The notes under the pieces: generated by a model
Seen by the model: only the letters and a program-made list of their open reading frames with translations
Databases searched by the model: none
Told to the model about the DNA's origin: nothing
Program-made: the position numbers and the translations under genes
Part shown: piece by piece, positions 63,881 through 64,000 of the stretch
Layout: the number at the start of each line of letters is the position of its first letter
How positions within the stretch are numbered: position 1 is the stretch's first letter
Assembly: GCA_951406725.2 (NCBI GenBank)
Contig: OX597816.1
Coordinates: forward strand, 130,386,001 to 130,450,000
Length of the DNA stretch: 64,000 bases
From: Octopus vulgaris
Taxonomy: Eukaryota
Direction: 5' to 3'

Positions 63881-64000
63881 TATATGTACTTATGTGTTTT
63901 GTATTTGTGTTTGTCTGTTTGTTAGTTTCCCCCTCCGAACAACAGTCCACGTAACTTAGCGGTTCGGCAAAAGATCCAATAAAATGAATACCCGACTTTT

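Overview
Eukaryotic, AT-rich, repeat-dense genomic DNA. The SINE families and microsatellites suggest an Octopus (coleoid cephalopod) genome; this is inferred, not searched. The only intact protein-coding gene is a plus-strand ataxin-10 (ATXN10) ortholog. Ten phase-compatible coding exons lie between 8523 and 49880, and the first exon is probably upstream of the window. Its last intron (49563-49764) is a textbook U12-type minor intron. The introns and flanks hold tRNA-derived SINEs, two decayed piggyBac transposases, a decayed DD37D/maT Tc1-mariner element, hAT and TTAA MITEs, non-autonomous Helitrons, LINE remnants and a 62-bp minisatellite. The most unusual signal is a set of Penelope-type minimal hammerhead-ribozyme (HHR) motifs. 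Two copies of a tRNA-headed short retroelement carry an HHR in the tail and show Penelope-like inverted end duplications, one with a 12-bp TSD. Three unrelated HHR-like scaffolds also occur, one inside a ~280-bp palindrome just downstream of the ATXN10 stop. All family assignments come from manual motif recognition.
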